From IMG/VR virus record IMGVR_UViG_3300028048_000052, positions 64,001 to 128,000 of that record: DNA of 64,000 bases; one strand, given 5' to 3'. A model generated the notes under the pieces. That model was given only the letters and a program-made list of their open reading frames with translations. It ran no database searches and was not told where the DNA came from. Positions 32,364-42,613 of this stretch are shown here, piece by piece (positions within the stretch are counted from its first letter, which is position 1; every line of letters starts with the position of its first letter). This DNA is from a virus (taxonomy: Duplodnaviria; Caudoviricetes). The translations under genes and the position numbers were made by a program.

Positions 32364-32377
32364 AAAGATGAAAGCAG

Positions 32378-33229
32378 ATGAGTAATAATTTAAAAAATGA
32401 TAATAGCGGAGATAGCTTAAAAATATTTTTAAACGAAATTAAAAATATTCCTCTATTAACTCAAGAAGAAGAAATTGAACTTGGGAAACAAATAAAGCAA
32501 AAAAATAAAGAGGCAATTGATAAATTAATTGTCTCTAATTTGCGTTTAGTGGTTAATATAGCTAAAAAATATGTGGGAATAGGAATTCCATTAATTGATT
32601 TAATTCAAGAAGGAACAATTGGGTTACAAATCGCCGCGGAGCACTATGATTATACACTTGATTTTAAATTTTCTACCTATGCAACATATTGGATAAAACA
32701 GAGAATTATGAAATCAATTGTTGATAATTCTAAAACAATTCGTTTACCGGCAAATGTTATTAACGAAATGGCTCAATTAAATAAAAGAAAAGAAGAGTTT
32801 ATTGAAGAATACGGTAGAGAACCTGATTTTTCAGAGCTATTAGAAATGACAAATATGAGTTCTGACAAATTGTTAGATATTATGCAAGTTCAGCAAGGCG
32901 CTATATCTCTTGATGCGTTAATACCAGATAGCGATAATGATTCTACTTTTGGTGATTATATAAAAGATAATCACATAATTAGCCCAGAAGATTATAGCAG
33001 GATAATGGATAAAAAAGAGGTAATTTTAGATGTTTTAAGTACGCTTGATGAACGGGAAAAAGATATTTTAATAAAGCGTTTTGGACTTGATAATGGAGTT
33101 CAAAAGTCATTAGAACAGGTTGGCGATTTAGTTGGGTTAACGAGAGAAAGGGTACGCCAGATAGAGATTTCTGCTTTAACAAAATTAAGAAATCCAATAA
33201 GAGCAAATATACTGGCTGAGTATATGTAA
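32378..33229 (+). CDS. RpoD-like sigma70 factor lacking region 1.1
   Basis: NLRLVVNIAKKY, DLIQEG, KFSTYATYWI, LTRERVRQIE. Confidence 0.92.
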   Translation: MSNNLKNDNSGDSLKIFLNEIKNIPLLTQEEEIELGKQIKQKNKEAIDKLIVSNLRLVVNIAKKYVGIGIPLIDLIQEGTIGLQIAAEHYDYTLDFKFSTYATYWIKQRIMKSIVDNSKTIRLPANVINEMAQLNKRKEEFIEEYGREPDFSELLEMTNMSSDKLLDIMQVQQGAISLDALIPDSDNDSTFGDYIKDNHIISPEDYSRIMDKKEVILDVLSTLDEREKDILIKRFGLDNGVQKSLEQVGDLVGLTRERVRQIEISALTKLRNPIRANILAEYM

Positions 33230-33978
33230 TGAAAAATATATTTATAGATTTTGAAGCAACCCAATATACGCAAGAAATTATTTCAATTGGGGCAACAGCA
33301 AAAAGTGGAGAAGAATTTTATTCATTGGTAAAGCCAAAGCATAAAATAGGAAATTTTGTATCTGGTTTAACCGGTATTAAAGAAGAAGATTTGGAAAATG
33401 CGCCAACGGCTGATATAGTTTTTTCTAATTTTTTCTCTTGGTTACAAGAGATAAATAAAGATAATAAAAAAATAAAATTTATTTGTTATGGAAATTGCGA
33501 TTTGTTATTTGCATCAAATACGTTAAAAAATTTAGACAATTCAATGACAGCACAAATGGCATTATCATTAATTATTTCAAATATAGTTGATTATGCCGAC
33601 TATGTGAAATCATATTTTGGATTATCAAAATATGTATCATTATTAAAAGTGGCTCAATATTATTCAGGAGAAGATTTAAATCAAGATCATAACGCATTAA
33701 ACGATGCCAAATTATTAAGATTTATATATGAAAAAATTCAAAATGGAGTGCAATTAGTAGATAATCCTTTTGAAGAATATATGCAACGAATTGAAGTTTA
33801 TGACACTGAAGATAATTTAGTTGAAACTTTTTATGGAATGGCGCAAGCAACGAAATGGATAATTGAAATAAACCATATTCCACAAAATGCGTATAAGAAA
33901 AGAATAAAAAATAAAATAATTTCCGCTTCACAGCAGAAACAGACCTATTGCGGATTTAAATGGGTAATTACTGATTAA
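33229..33978 (+). CDS. DEDDh 3'-5' exonuclease with C-terminal NUMOD-like domain
   Basis: IDFEAT, LTGI, HNALNDA. Confidence 0.82.
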   Translation: MKNIFIDFEATQYTQEIISIGATAKSGEEFYSLVKPKHKIGNFVSGLTGIKEEDLENAPTADIVFSNFFSWLQEINKDNKKIKFICYGNCDLLFASNTLKNLDNSMTAQMALSLIISNIVDYADYVKSYFGLSKYVSLLKVAQYYSGEDLNQDHNALNDAKLLRFIYEKIQNGVQLVDNPFEEYMQRIEVYDTEDNLVETFYGMAQATKWIIEINHIPQNAYKKRIKNKIISASQQKQTYCGFKWVITD

Positions 33979-34055
33979 GGGTTAGATAAAAAATCTAACC
34001 CTTTACTTTTTTTAAAAAATATGATATAATATATATAGTAAAAGGAGTAAAGAAA

Positions 34056-35384
34056 ATGTATTGTGGTTATATTGTAAAAATTGATAAGTTAAGAAAACAT
34101 ACCAATGCAGACAGATTACAAATTGCCACGGTTTTTGGTAATGACGTTTCTGTTGGGTTGGATGTTAAATTAGGAGATATTTTAATTTATTTCCCAACAG
34201 ATGGACAGTTATCTACCGAATATTGTGAATATAATAATCTTCTCCGGAAAAGAGATGCAAACGGTGATAATATTGGTGGTTATCTTGATCCAAGCAAGCG
34301 CAATGTAAAAGCAATTAAATTACGTGGTGAAAAATCTGACGGATTATTAATGCCACTTTCTTCACTTGATTATTTTGAACACGATGAATTAAATGTCGGC
34401 GATAAAATTACTGTATTAAATGGGCATGAAATTTGCACAAAATATATTCCAAGAACTAACTCATCTGGGCCAAGAAACCTTGGAAATAAAACGAGAAAAA
34501 GAAAAGCGCCAATTTCTCCATTGTTTATTGAGCACGCTGACACAGAACAACTCGCATATAATCTTAATGTATTTAAACCGGGGGATGAGATTGAGATTAC
34601 TTTAAAAATGCATGGCACATCTCAAAGAACTGGATATTTGCCTGTATTTAAAAAATTTAAACGATCATTATTAGATATTATTTTACGAAGACCGGGTAAA
34701 CCAATTTATGATTGGGGTTATGTTACGGGTACACGCAGAGTTGTCTTAGATACATATGATGGCGGATATTATGGTGGTAATCAATTTCGTGAACAACATG
34801 CAAAATTCTTTGAGGGGAAACTCTTAAAAGGCGAAGAAGTTTTTTACGAGGTAGTTGGTTATATTGATGAAAATAATCCTATTATGGGCAAGGGCAATAA
34901 TAAGAAAATTAATGATAAAGATTTTCTTAAAAAGTATGGGGACACAACTGTTTTTTCTTATGGATGTAACCCCGGAGAAAGCAAAGCCTATGTTTATCGT
35001 ATGACAATGACAAACGAAGATGGTGATATTGTAGAATATACGCCTGATTTTATGCGATATCGTTGTGAACAGATGGGAGCAAATACTGTTCCTATGTTTA
35101 CTAAATTTATTATTCCAGATATTGATTATCAAGATGCTACAACCGGAGAACAACTTTGTGTCGGAGATTATGTAAAAGATATTGCGGAAGAATACTATGA
35201 CGGGACAGATCCAATCGGCAGAACTCATATTCGAGAGGGGGTTGTTGTTAGAATTGTAAATAGACCAAAATTTTGTGCATACAAACATAAGAATTTCTTT
35301 TTTAAAGTTCTTGAAGGATTAATTAAAGAAGATGCAACTGCACCAGATGTTGAAGAAGCTCAGGAGGTATTAGATGAGAACTAA
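34056..35384 (+). CDS. RNA ligase (Rnl2/DRB0094-like) with N-terminal OB domain
   Basis: HTNADRLQ, KLRGEKSDG, TLKMHGTS, REGVVVR. Confidence 0.8.
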   Translation: MYCGYIVKIDKLRKHTNADRLQIATVFGNDVSVGLDVKLGDILIYFPTDGQLSTEYCEYNNLLRKRDANGDNIGGYLDPSKRNVKAIKLRGEKSDGLLMPLSSLDYFEHDELNVGDKITVLNGHEICTKYIPRTNSSGPRNLGNKTRKRKAPISPLFIEHADTEQLAYNLNVFKPGDEIEITLKMHGTSQRTGYLPVFKKFKRSLLDIILRRPGKPIYDWGYVTGTRRVVLDTYDGGYYGGNQFREQHAKFFEGKLLKGEEVFYEVVGYIDENNPIMGKGNNKKINDKDFLKKYGDTTVFSYGCNPGESKAYVYRMTMTNEDGDIVEYTPDFMRYRCEQMGANTVPMFTKFIIPDIDYQDATTGEQLCVGDYVKDIAEEYYDGTDPIGRTHIREGVVVRIVNRPKFCAYKHKNFFFKVLEGLIKEDATAPDVEEAQEVLDEN

Positions 35385-35610
35385 GGCTGAACGGAGAAAA
35401 TCTACTTATAAACACATTAGGAAAAACTATAAAGAAAAATCAATTTATAGTAAATTTCATGGAAAAGAAGAAGAACAACCACATCGTCTTTATAAAGGAA
35501 ATAATTTCACAAAGAAGCAAGGACGTCTTACTATAAGACCTAAAACAAAAAAAGATTTAGTAGATGAAATTACAGAAAGAGAAATGCTAAACGAGGACGA
35601 AATTGATTAA
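35374..35610 (+). CDS. basic hypothetical protein
   Basis: GGAGG RBS; overlaps the previous stop. Confidence 0.6.
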   Translation: MRTKAERRKSTYKHIRKNYKEKSIYSKFHGKEEEQPHRLYKGNNFTKKQGRLTIRPKTKKDLVDEITEREMLNEDEID

Positions 35611-35759
35611 ATCAAAATAACCTATTTTAATTTATAGTTAGAGTAGGGGATGCTGTCCATTGAGCGTCAGGCTTTCTTGCGCTTGATTTTGATATAAAGG
35701 GGGTAGTTTAAACCGATTAAACTGCCCCCACTTTTTTATTTTTTAGGGAGGAATTTGAT

Positions 35760-35870
35760 ATGGATCAAAAAATTGCTTTATATATCCTTGGGGGATTACT
35801 TTGCGCAATTGGCGTTGTTCGTCTTTTATTAATTTTTACTACAAAAGCAAAAGCAAAAGCAAAAAAATAG
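35760..35870 (+). CDS. 36-aa membrane peptide
   Basis: GGAGG RBS; one hydrophobic helix and a basic tail. Confidence 0.45.
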   Translation: MDQKIALYILGGLLCAIGVVRLLLIFTTKAKAKAKK

Positions 35871-35920
35871 CATTTTATAAAAATTATGAAGATAATTATT
35901 ATAGAAAGGATATAATAATT

Positions 35921-36178
35921 ATGGAAGAAAATTTAAAAATTGATGAGTTAAAAGACGAGATAAATGATATAGACATAAAAATTGTATTACTTTTAAATCA
36001 ACGAGCAGATTTTAGTACAGAATTAAACAATTTAAAAAAAGAGTTAGGAATTGATTTTTATGATAAAATGGAAGAAATTGAAATTATGGAATCATTAGAA
36101 GAAATGTCTAACTACAATAATATGATAAATACAATTTATCCATCTATATTAAAGTATTGTAGAAGCCTCTATGAATAG
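35921..36178 (+). CDS. chorismate mutase type II-like protein
   Basis: IDELKDEINDIDIKIVLLLNQR...KKELG; AAGGA RBS before ATG 35921. Confidence 0.6.
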   Translation: MEENLKIDELKDEINDIDIKIVLLLNQRADFSTELNNLKKELGIDFYDKMEEIEIMESLEEMSNYNNMINTIYPSILKYCRSLYE

Positions 36179-36264
36179 AGGCTTATTTTTTTTATATGGG
36201 GACAATTTATAACGATTAGATGATCGTTATTTTTATATAAAATGAGAATAAGGAGGTGCATAAT

Positions 36265-36735
36265 ATGTTAGATATGATGACAGGTTTAGCTGTATTATTA
36301 TTTACATATGGCTTCACAATCTCCTATCATGTAATGGGCTCCACTAAATTTTATATGATTAAAAAATTTCAATGGAGAAAAGCATTATTGGGTATCTATC
36401 AAGAATTAGGATATTTTTTATTTTTATTTCTAATATTTATGTTACCTGTTTTTATAGATTTAGATACTCTTGGAGTAGATTTATCTTTAGAAAAAATTGT
36501 TACAGTCGTTTTAGTTTTCCCTTTAGTTGCATCAATTAAAAATTGCTATGAAAAATCAATTGAACTTAAAAATATTGATATATCAGAACTTGATCAATTA
36601 ATTGATGGCGAAGAAGGAATTGTATTAAAAACCGATAGTAACAAAGAATTAAATGTAAATGTTACGTTGAAAGGAGATATTGACTATGGCAAGAAAGAGC
36701 AATCAACAGCCAAGCCTAAAAAGCCAAAAGGCTAA
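36265..36735 (+). CDS. probable holin
   Basis: Three hydrophobic segments; upstream of the endolysin. Confidence 0.6.
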   Translation: MLDMMTGLAVLLFTYGFTISYHVMGSTKFYMIKKFQWRKALLGIYQELGYFLFLFLIFMLPVFIDLDTLGVDLSLEKIVTVVLVFPLVASIKNCYEKSIELKNIDISELDQLIDGEEGIVLKTDSNKELNVNVTLKGDIDYGKKEQSTAKPKKPKG

Positions 36736-36871
36736 ATCCACAAAACTTACCATTGAACAAAAGAAAGAAATGGTTAATATTTTAAAAGACTTAAAAGAAG
36801 AACAAACTACTTTTAATGCTGACCCAATAAGTGAATTAGTAGCTGATGGAGAAGTTGAAAATGCAGTTTAA
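36686..36871 (+). CDS. hypothetical protein in the lysis cassette
   Basis: AAGGAG RBS; overlaps holin and endolysin. Confidence 0.55.
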   Translation: MARKSNQQPSLKSQKAKSTKLTIEQKKEMVNILKDLKEEQTTFNADPISELVADGEVENAV

Positions 36872-38054
36872 TATTAGAACAACAAAACCGCAAGCTGGTA
36901 ATAAAAACTATATTAAAACAACTTATGGTGGTTGAAATACTTGTGTTATTGGGAGTCCAACAGATAAAGATTGTAATGTTTTAAGCAATTGCGTTGGATA
37001 TGCAAGTGGAAGATTTAATGAAATTTATAATGAAATTACTGGACACACTGGAAGCCATAAGTGAAATATTCTTAATTGCAATGCTGAAAACTTTATTGAA
37101 AGAGCAGAACAATTAGGATTAAAAATTTCAAAAACGCCAACTCTTGGTGGTATAATGGTATGACAAAAAGGTAGTTTAAATTGGCAAGATGGCGCTGGCC
37201 ATGTTGGTGTTGTTGAAAAAATTATTGACGATAATACCATTTATACAAGCGAAAGTGCATGAGGTGGTAGCGCATTTTATAATTCAACCAGAAGAAACAC
37301 AAATGGTAGATGGGGTATGGGCTCAGCTTATTCTTTTAGAGGCTGTATTGTAAACCCGGCTGTTAAAACCATAAAAGTTGCATCAAATGTTAAAAGAGAT
37401 GAAACAAAAGAGCAGGTTGAAGTATTGGTTCCAGATTTAAATGTTAGAATGGAACCAAGCACAAAAGCAACACGTATTGGATTTGCTAAAAAAGGATATT
37501 ACAATATTTTAAACAAAAAAGTTGCTGAAGGGTATACTTGATTAAATATTGCCGAAGATCAATATATCGCATTTAACAATGAGTGAGAAAAAATTTTGGA
37601 ACCTAAGAAAGAAGAAGAACCGGTAGTGCCAACCCCAACTCCAATTCCAGAACCAATTAAACCAACTTTAAAATTTAAAATTGGCGATCAAGTTGTTATT
37701 TCTGGTAAATTATATGCAAGTTCAAATGCAACTATTGCCACGGCTTCTGTATTAGGAAAAGTGACAAAAATTACGCGAGTCGTCGCTGGTGCAAAACATC
37801 CATATAACACCACAAATGATTTGGGTTGAATGGATGAAAGCTCAATTCAATTCTATAATAACGCAGTACCAAAAGAAACAATTAAGGTTGGAGATAAAGT
37901 AAAAGTATTAAAAAATGTAACATATGATGGTAAAAAATTCTTGGCTTTATTCTCTAAATATGATGTTATTGAAGTTAAAGGCAATAGAATTGTTATTGGT
38001 ATTGGTAAGGTTGTTACCGCGGCGGTTCATAAAGACAATTTAAAGAAGGTATAA
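36861..38054 (+). CDS. endolysin: CHAP, SH3 and two C-terminal cell-wall-binding modules, 397 aa (7 TGA=Trp)
   Basis: NCVGYA, GHVGVVE, SESAW; LNVR...GYTW; Pro-rich linker; three track ORFs in frame. Confidence 0.88.
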
Positions 38055-38056
38055 TT

Positions 38057-38443
38057 ATGAAAGAATTTAAGTTTAAACCCGGAGATGAGGTACTAATTAC
38101 TGGAAAAATTTATCAATCAGCAAATGGCACTTTATATGGTAAAACTTTAAATAAATTTAAAGCAACTATTAAAAAAATTGCTGAAAAAGGAGCGCACCCA
38201 TACGCTATTGAAGGAATGTGGGGTTGATTCGATGAAAAAGAATTAAGTCCGTATGTTGCGCCACCAGAAATTTCTGTTGGCGATAAAGTGAAATTAATTA
38301 AAAATGAAACATACAATCATAAAAAAATAGTTCTTTCCCCGTATATTGATTATCAAGTAAATAATATTGAAGATAATAAAGTTTATGTATCATTCCGTGA
38401 TACAAATTTTATTGTTGATATTTATAACCTAAAAAAAATTTAG
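38057..38443 (+). CDS. stand-alone paralog of the endolysin C-terminal modules (1 TGA=Trp)
   Basis: FKFKPGDEVLITGKIY...GAHPY...GWFDE...ISVGDKVKLIKNETY parallels LKFKIGDQVVISGKLY...GAKHPY...GWMDE...IKVGDKVKVLKNVTY. Confidence 0.75.
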
Positions 38444-38446
38444 AAA

Positions 38447-38635
38447 ATGACTGATTTACAACAAGAATATCAAGATGCTATTAAAAGGTATCATGATTTA
38501 GAAGTTTTAGTTTCGCAAAGAATTGCGGGGACATCTGGAGCAGAATCAAATTGCCCTGATGAGCTATTAAAACAGCATTTAGCTATTTTAAAAGGGTATA
38601 TAAGAACTTTAGAAGAAAGATTAAAATACGAATAG
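38447..38635 (+). CDS. small helical phage protein
   Basis: CPDELLKQHLAILKGYIRTLEER. Confidence 0.6.
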   Translation: MTDLQQEYQDAIKRYHDLEVLVSQRIAGTSGAESNCPDELLKQHLAILKGYIRTLEERLKYE

Positions 38636-38721
38636 GGAAAAACATATTTGCTTTTCCCTATTTTTTTTGACTTTTTCTTATAAAAATGTTATAATTTTAT
38701 TAGAAAGGGTTAAAATAACAT

Positions 38722-38946
38722 ATGAAAAGAATACAAAAATTTGCTGAATTAAGAAAAAATTTAAAACAAGATTTAAGAAATCCCGGGCAGATTGAGTTAG
38801 ACAAAGAAATTGAGGCAATGACAACCCACAAAAATATTGGAACAATTAACAAACCAGTTGTAGTTGGTGTTACTTGCATTGGAGTTTCTGCTTTTTTAGC
38901 TGGTTATACTTTTGGTAAATTAGGAGGAAATAAGCATGAAATTTAA
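38722..38946 (+). CDS. small membrane protein
   Basis: C-terminal transmembrane segment; sigmaA-like promoter upstream. Confidence 0.55.
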   Translation: MKRIQKFAELRKNLKQDLRNPGQIELDKEIEAMTTHKNIGTINKPVVVGVTCIGVSAFLAGYTFGKLGGNKHEI

Positions 38947-39199
38947 TAATAACACAAACATTCCAAATAAAATTGTTCAAATGGCGGTTAATTCTTTAAA
39001 TAGCGAGACTGAATATGGCGAGGTAAAAAAACCAGCATTCAGTTTTACTGACGCCTATGGAGTTACAACTACAACCTATAAAGTAACACTTCAAGATTTT
39101 CCAACAATGATAATTAAAGACAACGGAAAATTTTATGATGTTACTACCGTTGGAAATGAAAAATTTTACAACATTGATAGGGATGGGAAAAAAATTTAA
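38936..39199 (+). CDS. hypothetical protein
   Basis: AGGAGG RBS. Confidence 0.6.
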   Translation: MKFNNNTNIPNKIVQMAVNSLNSETEYGEVKKPAFSFTDAYGVTTTTYKVTLQDFPTMIIKDNGKFYDVTTVGNEKFYNIDRDGKKI

Positions 39200-39396
39200 A
39201 AAAAATTTGTTTTTTTTAAAAAAAAATATTATAATAATATTAGAAAGCATTGGGAAGTGCTTTCATCCCCAATTAATTCCTATATCCCTGATGTGATTGT
39301 TAGCATTTCAACACTAAAAGAAATGCTTTTTTTATTTTATATTGATTTTTTAAAAAAATATGGTATAATATATATATAAAGGAGTATGAAAATTAT

Positions 39397-41025
39397 ATGT
39401 TAAGTGATATTGAAATCGCCCAGAGTGCTGAATTAAAACCGATTGAAGAAATCGCACAAAAATTAAGCATTCCGCAAGATAAACTAACAAAATATGGCGA
39501 TAATATGGCAAAAATTGATTATCGGTTAGCATATAGAGATGGAAAATTGGGAAAGTTAATTCTTGTCACAGGAACAAATCCAACCCCAGCAGGAGAAGGT
39601 AAAACAACTGTGGCTATTGGGTTAGCAGATGCCATAGCGCAGCGAGGTAAAAATGCCTGCGTTTGCCTACGTGAACCATCTCTTGGACCAGTTTTTGGCG
39701 TAAAAGGTGGTGCTGCTGGCGGAGGATACTCACAGGTCGTACCTATGGAGAATATTAACTTACATTTCACTGGTGATATTCACGCCATTGAAAGTGCTAA
39801 TAATCTCTTAGCCGCTATGATTGATAATCATATTTATCAGGGCAATGAACTTAATATCAATCCAGAAAAAATTACTTGGCGTAGATGCATGGATATGAAT
39901 GATCGCCATTTAAGAAAAATTAAGGATGGGCTTGCTGATGAAAAATCAGTTGAAAGAGAAGATGGATTTGATATTACTGTTGCAAGTGAAGTAATGGCTG
40001 TATTTTGTTTAAGTAGAACTTTATCAGAACTTAAAGATAATCTTGGAAATATTATTTTTGGCTATGATAAAGACGATAAACCACTTTATGTTAGACAACT
40101 TCACATGGAAGGCGCAATGACGGCAATCTTAAAAGATGCTTTTAATCCAAATTTAGTTCAAACTCTTGAAGGAACACCTGCTATTATTCATGGTGGACCA
40201 TTTGCAAATATTGCACATGGGTGTAATAGCATTGTCGCAACAAAACTGGGCATGAGCTTATCTAATTATGTTGTCACAGAAGCTGGATTTGGTTCTGATC
40301 TTGGAGCTGAAAAGTTTTTAGATATTAAATGTCCAAAACTTGGGTTTGCGCCTGATTGTATTGTCATAGTTACAACTACACGCGCATTAAAATACAACGG
40401 AAATGGGATTTTAAAAGATGGATTATGCAATCTTGGACAGCATATTGATAATATGAAAGGATATAATATCCCAGTAGTAGTAGCTATCAACGCTTTTGGC
40501 GATGATGTTCCCGATGATTTATCAACAATTGGCGAATACTGTGAAAGCAAAAATGTTAAATGGGAAATTACAACTGCGCATGATGATGGCTCTTTTGGAG
40601 CAAGAGCATTGGCAAACAGTGTAATTGAATTATGCAATGAATCTCATCAATCAGTTGTAACCGCGTATGGATATGATAACACAATTATTCAACGAGCAAA
40701 TGAATTAGCAACAACAATTTACCACGCGAGTGCCATGAGCTTTACAATCGAGGCAGCGCAAATGTGTAAAAAGATTGAAGAAATGGGTTTTAGTAATTTG
40801 CCTATCTGTGTCGCAAAAACGCAATATAGTTTTAGCGATAATCCTAAATTACTTGGTGCACCGAACAATTTTATAATGAATTGCAGAGAAGTAAGGCTCT
40901 GCGCTGGGGCTGGCTTTATCGTTTTAATTTGTGGGAAAATTATGACTATGCCGGGTCTCCCTAAAAATCCCGCAGCGGAAAAAATAGACGTGGATAATGA
41001 AGGTAAAATAATAGGATTATTTTAA
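39397..41025 (+). CDS. fhs: formate--tetrahydrofolate ligase
   Basis: MLSDIEIAQ, PTPAGEGKTT, GVKGGAAGGGYSQV, HGGPFANIAHG, TEAGFGSDLGAEKF. Confidence 0.97.
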   Translation: MLSDIEIAQSAELKPIEEIAQKLSIPQDKLTKYGDNMAKIDYRLAYRDGKLGKLILVTGTNPTPAGEGKTTVAIGLADAIAQRGKNACVCLREPSLGPVFGVKGGAAGGGYSQVVPMENINLHFTGDIHAIESANNLLAAMIDNHIYQGNELNINPEKITWRRCMDMNDRHLRKIKDGLADEKSVEREDGFDITVASEVMAVFCLSRTLSELKDNLGNIIFGYDKDDKPLYVRQLHMEGAMTAILKDAFNPNLVQTLEGTPAIIHGGPFANIAHGCNSIVATKLGMSLSNYVVTEAGFGSDLGAEKFLDIKCPKLGFAPDCIVIVTTTRALKYNGNGILKDGLCNLGQHIDNMKGYNIPVVVAINAFGDDVPDDLSTIGEYCESKNVKWEITTAHDDGSFGARALANSVIELCNESHQSVVTAYGYDNTIIQRANELATTIYHASAMSFTIEAAQMCKKIEEMGFSNLPICVAKTQYSFSDNPKLLGAPNNFIMNCREVRLCAGAGFIVLICGKIMTMPGLPKNPAAEKIDVDNEGKIIGLF

Positions 41026-41027
41026 AG

Positions 41028-41579
41028 ATGGAAGTATATATAACATCAGATTTGCATTTTGGACATAATCGTGATTTTCTTTATGGATCACGCGGTTTTA
41101 ATAATATTTATGAGCATGATAAAGCTATAATAGATAATTGGAATAGTATTGTAAATGAAGAAGATCTTGTCTATATATTGGGTGATATTATGCTCAATGA
41201 TAATGATTATGGATGCAAGTGTTTTAATCAGTTAAATGGCTTTAAAGAAATTATTCTTGGCAATCATGACTCAGACGCAAGAAAAGAATTATATAACAAC
41301 CTTCATGGTGTTTTAGATGTTTCTTTGGCAAAAATAATTAAATATGATAAATACCATTTCTTTTTGTGCCATTATCCAACAATTACCTCAAATCACGACT
41401 ACAAAAAACCGTTAAAAAATAGAATTATTAATCTATGCGGGCATACTCATACAAATGATAAATTTAAAGACTGGGATAAAGGTTATATTTATCATTGTGA
41501 ACTTGAAGCTCATAATATGAAACCAATCAACATGGACTCTGTCGTTAAAGATATAGAACAAAAAGCAGGGGTAGAATAA
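41028..41579 (+). CDS. calcineurin-like phosphoesterase
   Basis: SDLHFGH, LGD, GNHD, GHTH. Confidence 0.88.
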   Translation: MEVYITSDLHFGHNRDFLYGSRGFNNIYEHDKAIIDNWNSIVNEEDLVYILGDIMLNDNDYGCKCFNQLNGFKEIILGNHDSDARKELYNNLHGVLDVSLAKIIKYDKYHFFLCHYPTITSNHDYKKPLKNRIINLCGHTHTNDKFKDWDKGYIYHCELEAHNMKPINMDSVVKDIEQKAGVE

Positions 41580-41638
41580 TCTACCCCTTTATTTTTTTAA
41601 AAAAATATGGTATAATATATATAGAAAAGGTAAATAAT

Positions 41639-42148
41639 ATGAAAAAAACTATATATATTGCTTCTGGAGCACCGTGTTCTGGTAAAACTACTTTTATAGA
41701 CCAAAGAATTGACGCTTTAGGTGGAATTCGTATTTCAAGAGATGAAATTCGTTTTTCAATGCTTAAACCCGGTGACTATTATTTTAAAAATGAGGCAAAA
41801 GTTTTTAAAGAGTTTATAGATAAAATACAAAAAGCTATTAATAATCCAATAGGAAAAAAAGAAATTTATATTGACGCAACCCATTTAAATAAAAGGTCAA
41901 GACAAAAAGTACTTAATAGATTAAACTTAAAAAATGTTAAAGAAATTATTATTTTATGGTTTAATATCCCTCTTGAAGAATTATTAGCAAGAAATGAAAA
42001 AAGGTATGGTATTGAAAAAATACCAGTAGACGCAATAGAAAGAATGAAAAATTCTATGGATATCCCATCCAACGAAGAAAAAGACGCTCGTTTAAAATAT
42101 TATTGGGAAATTGATAGCGATGGATGGATAACAGAGCATACATTATAA
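41639..42148 (+). CDS. polynucleotide kinase-like P-loop kinase
   Basis: GAPCSGKTT, SRDEIR, IDATHL, RNEKR. Confidence 0.8.
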   Translation: MKKTIYIASGAPCSGKTTFIDQRIDALGGIRISRDEIRFSMLKPGDYYFKNEAKVFKEFIDKIQKAINNPIGKKEIYIDATHLNKRSRQKVLNRLNLKNVKEIIILWFNIPLEELLARNEKRYGIEKIPVDAIERMKNSMDIPSNEEKDARLKYYWEIDSDGWITEHTL

Positions 42149-42160
42149 AAAGGAGATATA

Positions 42161-42613
42161 ATGAAACAAGAAATTTATAAAGATTTAGAATTTGATTTTG
42201 ATGAAGAGCTTGGTACAACAACATGTATAATGAAATATGACAATCATGTTTTTTATGGGCGCGCCTATTGCGCAAAAGAAGATATGGATTATCTCAGTAA
42301 AAAGACAGGACAAGAAATTGCGTTTAATAGAGCAACCGTAGAAGTTCTTCGATATGAAAAAAACCGTTTAACAAATGAATTAAATGGATTAAAATCGCTT
42401 TATTATTCAATTAAACATAGTAAAAGATATAACCCAAAATCTTATGAGGCAATTATGTTACGTCATCAAATGAATATGCGAGATAATGATATCACACAAT
42501 TAAAAATTGATATTAAAACAACTAAACAGTATCTTAAGAACTATATTGACCAAAAGGATAAAGCATATAAACTTTGGCGTAAGAACAAAAAAGAACAGGA
42601 CAATACAAATTAA
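42161..42613 (+). CDS. hypothetical phage protein
   Basis: AAGGAG RBS; GRAYCAKED...GQEIA. Confidence 0.7.
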   Translation: MKQEIYKDLEFDFDEELGTTTCIMKYDNHVFYGRAYCAKEDMDYLSKKTGQEIAFNRATVEVLRYEKNRLTNELNGLKSLYYSIKHSKRYNPKSYEAIMLRHQMNMRDNDITQLKIDIKTTKQYLKNYIDQKDKAYKLWRKNKKEQDNTN

